DNA from: an uncultured Acidimicrobiales bacterium
GTDB lineage: Bacteria > Actinomycetota > Acidimicrobiia > Acidimicrobiales > UBA10347
DNA: 64,000 nucleotides
Direction: 5' to 3'
Assembly: GCA_943788915.1 (NCBI GenBank)
Contig: CALSSD010000003.1
Coordinates: forward strand, 446,663-510,662
Part shown: in pieces, positions 59,465 to 64,000 of the stretch
How positions within the stretch are numbered: the first letter of the stretch is position 1
Layout: each line of letters opens with the position of its first letter
Made by a program: the position numbers and the translations under genes
The notes under the pieces: model-generated
Databases searched by the model: none
What the model saw: only the letters and a program-made list of their open reading frames with translations
What the model was told of the DNA's origin: nothing

Positions 59465-61138
59465 CTACGCGAAGCGGCCGGCGTCGGGTGCCCGGTAGAC
59501 GTCGACTTCTTCGGCAGGCAGTGGGTCCTTGCCCAGGATCATGTCAGCGCAGCGTTCGGCGATCATCATGACCGGTGCATAGATGTTGCCGTTGGTGACA
59601 TTTGGCATGACAGATGCGTCGCAGACTCGCAGACCTTCGACTCCGTGCACTCGGAGTGTTGCTGGATCCACAACAGCCATGTCATCGGTGCCCATACGTG
59701 CGGTGCACGATGGGTGCAAGGCCGTCTCGGAATCAGACGCCACCCATTTGAGAATCTCTTCATCGGTCTCGACCGAAGGCCCCGGTGACACTTCGCCACC
59801 GTTGTACTTCTCGAATGCCGGCTGTGTGAGCACCCGGCGAGCGGTGCGCACCGCTTCAATCCATTCCTTGCGATCGTTGCCGGTCGAGAGGTAGTTGAAC
59901 TGCACCGCAGGATGCTCACGAGGATTCGTGGTTTTGATCTTGACCGTGCCACGGACATCGCTATACATCGGGCCAACGTGCACCTGGTAGCCGTGGCCCT
60001 CGGTGGCCTCTGACCCGTCGTACCGGATCGCGATCGGCAGGAAGTGAAACATCAGGTTGGGGTATTCGACCTCGTCGTTACTGCGCAGGAACGCGCCAGC
60101 TTCGAAATGGTTGGTCGCCGCTGGTCCTCGCCGGAAGAGCCATTGCAGGCCAATAAACGGCATACGCCACGTGGCGTTATACGGCTGCATGGAAACCGGT
60201 TCCTTGCACGCGTACTGGATGTAGACCTCGAGATGATCCTGCAAGTTTTCGCCGACACCCGGGAGCGCCGAAACAACGTCGATACCGAGTGACTTCAGGT
60301 GGTCCGGATCACCGATTCCCGAGAGCTGAAGAAGCTGCGGCGAGTTGAACGCACCACCGCAGCTAATGATCTCGTTGCCTCGCACGGTGTGGGAGCGGCG
60401 GCCGCGGCGATACTCCACGCCCACCGCACGATTGCCTTCGAACACAATCTTGTTGGCTTGGGCAAGGGTGAGCAACGTGAGGTTCGCCCGATCAAGCACC
60501 GGGTGCAGGTACGCACGGGCGGCGCTCAGGCGACGGCCTCGGACCACGTTCTTGTCGAAGACCGCGAAACCTTCCTGCTGGTAGCCGTTGACATCACTCG
60601 TGCTATGAAAACCTGCTTGGGGACCGGCTTCGAGCCAGGCCGTGAACAGAGGGTTCTTCGCCGGACCGGTCTCGACCTTCAGCGGGCCGTCTTCGCCGCG
60701 CCACTCGTCGCCGCCGACCAGGCGATTCTCCATTCGTTTGAAGTACGGCAAACAGTTCTCGTACGCCCAGTGCTCCATACCTGACTCGGCGGCCCACTTG
60801 TCGTAATCCATGGGATTACCCCGCTGGAAGATCATGCCGTTGATGCTGCTGCTACCGCCCAAGACCTTGCCCCGGGCGTGGTATACCTTGCGGCCGTTCA
60901 TAAACGGCTCGGGTTCACTCTCGTACTTCCAGTCGTAGAACCGGCTTCCGATCGGGTACGTCAGCGCCGCTGGCATGTGGATGAAGACATCCCACTTCCA
61001 GTCCTTACGCCCCGCTTCGAGAACAAGCACTTCGTTGGCAGGATCGGCGCTCAGCCGGTTCGCCAACGCACACCCAGCGGACCCACCACCAATGATGATG
61101 TAGTCATACGTCTTGTCGGAGACCTTGGTGCGTGCCAT
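59465..61138 (-). CDS. betA: Choline dehydrogenase (GMC oxidoreductase)
   Basis: [53 protein letters not shown]; near betC. Confidence 0.92.
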   Translation of the reverse strand: MARTKVSDKTYDYIIIGGGSAGCALANRLSADPANEVLVLEAGRKDWKWDVFIHMPAALTYPIGSRFYDWKYESEPEPFMNGRKVYHARGKVLGGSSSINGMIFQRGNPMDYDKWAAESGMEHWAYENCLPYFKRMENRLVGGDEWRGEDGPLKVETGPAKNPLFTAWLEAGPQAGFHSTSDVNGYQQEGFAVFDKNVVRGRRLSAARAYLHPVLDRANLTLLTLAQANKIVFEGNRAVGVEYRRGRRSHTVRGNEIISCGGAFNSPQLLQLSGIGDPDHLKSLGIDVVSALPGVGENLQDHLEVYIQYACKEPVSMQPYNATWRMPFIGLQWLFRRGPAATNHFEAGAFLRSNDEVEYPNLMFHFLPIAIRYDGSEATEGHGYQVHVGPMYSDVRGTVKIKTTNPREHPAVQFNYLSTGNDRKEWIEAVRTARRVLTQPAFEKYNGGEVSPGPSVETDEEILKWVASDSETALHPSCTARMGTDDMAVVDPATLRVHGVEGLRVCDASVMPNVTNGNIYAPVMMIAERCADMILGKDPLPAEEVDVYRAPDAGRFA

Positions 61139-61188
61139 CGTGCGTACGGTATCGAATCGCACCTGTGCGCGGTGTCGGCACGAATTCT

Positions 61189-62022
61189 TCAGCTGAATGT
61201 CAGCCTTCGATCAGTTGCGACAGCGACTCGATGCATCACCCGGCGGTGCGGGAGATAGTCGGCCACGGCGTAGTGCTGCGTACCCCGGTTGTCCCAGATG
61301 GCAATGGTGTTCGGGCGCCACCGCAGGCGGACATGGTGTTCTGGTCGGTTCGTAGTATCGAACAACATGGTGAGGAGCCGGGCTGACTCTGGCGCGGACA
61401 TGCCAATAATCCAACGAGTGAACGACTCGCTGACATTCAGATACGGGCGTTCGCTTACCGGATGATGAGCCACCACAGGGTGCACTGCCATCCCAGCTGA
61501 CCCCATCGCCTGGATGATGCCAGCGTTGCCGCCCTGTGCATACGCACCGGTGCGAAAGGCACCCATGTCATGAACCACTTCAAGCTCAGCGAGCTCACTC
61601 TTGAGCCCGTTGCTCAGGCTCTCATAGACCGCGTGCATGCTTGCCCACAACGTGTCACCCCCGACTGGAGGAACCTCGACCGCCTTCAAGATCGAGGCGA
61701 ACGGCGGCTGTTCGCGATACGTCATGTCGCTGTGCCACTCGGCCGCATCGGGTTTGTCGTCACCTTGCCACGTCAGCACGACGACGTCGCTCGATTCGAC
61801 ATGAGTGACATAACTGTGGTGGCGAGCCCCAAGCTCGCCTAACGATCGCCCGAGTGCCACAAGATCGGCCGGCCCAAGATCCGTTTCATGAAGGAAAACA
61901 ACCTGGTGTGCAATCAGCGAGTCGTACAACGAATCAACGAACTGTTCGTCGGTGATGGCTGCGGCGCTAACTCCGGAGAGTTCGGCCCCAAGGGCGGGCG
62001 TGAGCCGCTCAGCAGAAAGCAT
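61189..62022 (-). CDS. TauD/TfdA family dioxygenase
   Basis: [34 protein letters not shown]. Confidence 0.92.
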   Translation of the reverse strand: MLSAERLTPALGAELSGVSAAAITDEQFVDSLYDSLIAHQVVFLHETDLGPADLVALGRSLGELGARHHSYVTHVESSDVVVLTWQGDDKPDAAEWHSDMTYREQPPFASILKAVEVPPVGGDTLWASMHAVYESLSNGLKSELAELEVVHDMGAFRTGAYAQGGNAGIIQAMGSAGMAVHPVVAHHPVSERPYLNVSESFTRWIIGMSAPESARLLTMLFDTTNRPEHHVRLRWRPNTIAIWDNRGTQHYAVADYLPHRRVMHRVAVATDRRLTFS

Positions 62023-62095
62023 CCGCGCAGCGTACAACTCCGCTCACGTGCCATGTTTTGGACGAGGGGAAGGTGCCGCCTCTAGGTTTGAAGCC

Positions 62096-62986
62096 ATGAC
62101 GGCTACGGCAACACAACAACCCAAGGTGCTCACCTCGGACCAGGTCGAGGCCTATCACGAACGTGGGTACCTGCTGATCGAAGGTGCCGTCAGCGATACG
62201 TGGCTGAAGCGCCTGCAGGCTGCCAGCGAGGAGTTCGTTGACGAGAGCCGCTCCCTGACGGAAAGCACGAGGAAGCTCGACCTCGACCCCTCACACACCC
62301 CAGAGGATCCACGACTACGACGACTAACCAGCCCGGTCGAACATCACGTCGTATTCGCCGAATTCACGCTGCAGGGTCCAGCTGCTCAGATTGCGCTTGA
62401 CCTGCTTGGATCACCTGCCCGGTACCACCACTCAAAACTCAACTACAAGTGGTCGGGCGGCGGCGAAGCGGTCGAATGGCATCAGGACATCCAGTACTGG
62501 CCCCACACCGACTTCACCCCGCTCACCATCGGCGTGTACCTAAACGACGTCGACGACGAGATGGGGCCAATGGGCATCGTGCCAGGCAGCCACACCGGCG
62601 AGCTCTACAACCTGTACGCCGACGACAACACCACCTGGACCGGCTCGATCCGGGACCAAGACCTGCACAAGGTCGACCTTGCTTCGGCCGAGTATCTCAA
62701 GGGCCCCGCTGGCTCGATCACGGTGCACAATTGCGGGTGTGTCCATGGCTCCATGCCAAATAACTCGGGTCGAGTCCGGCCGTTACTACTGCAGACGTAC
62801 TCGGCTCATGGCAGCTATCCCCTGCTCGGTGTCGGCGCCAATGGCGCAACCGGGAGGACCTCGGGCTTCTTGATCGGCCAAGGTGACCCTGCCCGCTCGC
62901 TCACCGTGAACGGACGCTCCATGCCTGCGGCTCCCGACTGGTCTCGTGGCGGCTACACCACCATCTTCGACGTCCAACAGGGGTAG
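62096..62986 (+). CDS. Phytanoyl-CoA dioxygenase (PhyH) family protein
   Basis: YHERGYL, KLNYK, WHQD, GPM.IVPGSH, GPAGS...H....HGS.PN. Confidence 0.88.
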   Translation: MTATATQQPKVLTSDQVEAYHERGYLLIEGAVSDTWLKRLQAASEEFVDESRSLTESTRKLDLDPSHTPEDPRLRRLTSPVEHHVVFAEFTLQGPAAQIALDLLGSPARYHHSKLNYKWSGGGEAVEWHQDIQYWPHTDFTPLTIGVYLNDVDDEMGPMGIVPGSHTGELYNLYADDNTTWTGSIRDQDLHKVDLASAEYLKGPAGSITVHNCGCVHGSMPNNSGRVRPLLLQTYSAHGSYPLLGVGANGATGRTSGFLIGQGDPARSLTVNGRSMPAAPDWSRGGYTTIFDVQQG

Positions 62987-63018
62987 TTCGGGTCGCGCAC
63001 ACCAGGGGTTCGACCCCC

Positions 63019-63372
63019 GTGTGCACTGCCGAGAGCTGGACCCGAGCACCAATCGTGCACACCGACGGACAGGGAAATGTCATTGGCCTTCGGTTCTCGA
63101 ACCAGCTGATGCAACCCATGTCGCCGTTCGACCCGGAAGTGCAGCCGTTCTATGAGGCGTATCACCTGCTGGCCACCGCCATCAACGACCCGGCAAACCA
63201 GATCGGGTTTCGCGCCCATGCTGGCACCATGCAGTTTGTGCATGGCCACCGGGTGCTGCATGCTCGTCGAGCCTTTGATGGCGCGAGTGGTGTACGCCAT
63301 CTGCAAGACACATACTTTGACTACGACGATGTCGCCTCGCTCGTCGCCTTGATCTCTGGAGAAGCCCGATGA
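63019..63372 (+). pseudogene. C-terminal fragment of a gamma-butyrobetaine dioxygenase/TmpA-like (TauD superfamily) enzyme
   Basis: PIV..D..G....LRFSN, FYEAY..L, HRVLHARRAFD...G.RHLQ.TYFD; the N-terminal part with the HxD motif is absent. Confidence 0.65.
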
Positions 63373-63968
63373 CAGCAATGCCGAAACCGCAACCGCGGAC
63401 CGTCTCGTGGACATCGATGCAAGACGGCGATCAAGCCGACTACGAACTGCTGACCCCGCTGTTCGAAGAACATGCTCGGGCTGCGCTGGTCGACAATCTG
63501 ACCACCATGCTGGACATGCTGAAGGGGCCCACACTCGGCTATCAGATCGATCGCTACGACCACTCCTTGCAATCGGCTACACGAGCGTTCCGCAATGGTG
63601 AACGGGTCGACCTGGTCGTTGGCGCGTTGCTGCACGATGTCGCCGATGCGTTTGCACCCGAGAACCACAGTGATGCTGCCGCGGCGCTACTTGCCCCGTA
63701 TGTCGACGAAGAAACCCACTGGGTCGTGAAACACCACGGCATCTTCCAGGGGTACTACTACTTCCATCATCTCGGCGGCGACCGCAACGCACGCGACCGT
63801 TACCACGACAGTCCCCACTACGACGCGTGTGCGCACTTCTGCGCCGAATACGACCAGAACTGCTTTGATCCGAACTACGAGAACATGACCATCGAGGACT
63901 TCGCACCGATGCTCGACGAAGTATTTACCCGCCCATCGCAAGTCCCGGGTGTAGCCCCACTGGTATAG
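63369..63968 (+). CDS. HD-domain protein (PhnZ/TmpB-like putative diiron oxygenase or hydrolase)
   Basis: HSLQSATRA, ALLHD, NH, KHHGIFQ, YD...FDP; start overlaps the upstream fragment's stop. Confidence 0.75.
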   Translation: MTAMPKPQPRTVSWTSMQDGDQADYELLTPLFEEHARAALVDNLTTMLDMLKGPTLGYQIDRYDHSLQSATRAFRNGERVDLVVGALLHDVADAFAPENHSDAAAALLAPYVDEETHWVVKHHGIFQGYYYFHHLGGDRNARDRYHDSPHYDACAHFCAEYDQNCFDPNYENMTIEDFAPMLDEVFTRPSQVPGVAPLV

Positions 63969-64000
63969 GCCTGAACCCTGTGAAAGCGCCCAGTCAGGTC

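Noticed and set aside
62996..63030. tRNA fragment or att site (GGTTCGA T-loop-like)
   Set aside because: There is no cloverleaf, the T-stem is imperfect and no integrase is nearby; it is kept only as a hairpin at a deletion junction.
1..64000. Many long antisense or shadow ORFs in the track (e.g. 1667-2437, 8726-9568, 31305-32108)
   Set aside because: They overlap well-supported genes on the opposite strand or in another frame, lack motifs, and are expected in high-GC DNA.

Overview
A high-GC genomic window, most likely from a marine Acidimicrobiia-type actinobacterium. This is an inference from the mycothiol-dependent enzymes, F420-type LLM oxidoreductases, egtB/egtD and an IS481 element. 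The window is mostly catabolic. It holds a form II cox/xanthine-dehydrogenase-family operon (coxSLM), a mycothiol/SDR/P450 block, an alkyl sulfatase, two amidohydrolases, TauD- and PhyH-family dioxygenases and a fused indolepyruvate ferredoxin oxidoreductase. A dispersed pathway for methylated osmolytes is also present: betC, betA, a five-gene corrinoid methyltransferase cluster with a non-pyrrolysine MttB, a dimethylglycine dehydrogenase-like gene and a DmdA-like gene. Five things are not explained by the ORF track. (1) Two apparently separate ORFs (37669-37980 and 36232-37650) form one reading frame joined by an in-frame UGA in the motif C-U-G-S-C, with a SECIS-like hairpin 11 nt downstream. 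This indicates a roughly 582-aa UGSC-type selenoprotein. (2) A secreted protein / ECF sigma / anti-sigma-like triad shares a Cys-Cys-Trp beta-domain in three copies and lies divergent from a tandem array of Flp pilin genes that includes an orphan pilin 3' fragment. (3) Four proteins of the corrinoid cluster carry Arg-rich tails, while the corrinoid carrier has an acidic tail. (4) A REP-associated tyrosine transposase is flanked by palindromes that recur 27 kb away. (5) An intact IS481 has terminal inverted repeats and a 6-bp target duplication. Three genes carry single-base frameshifts, which may be assembly errors. All product calls come from motif recognition by eye; no database searches were run.
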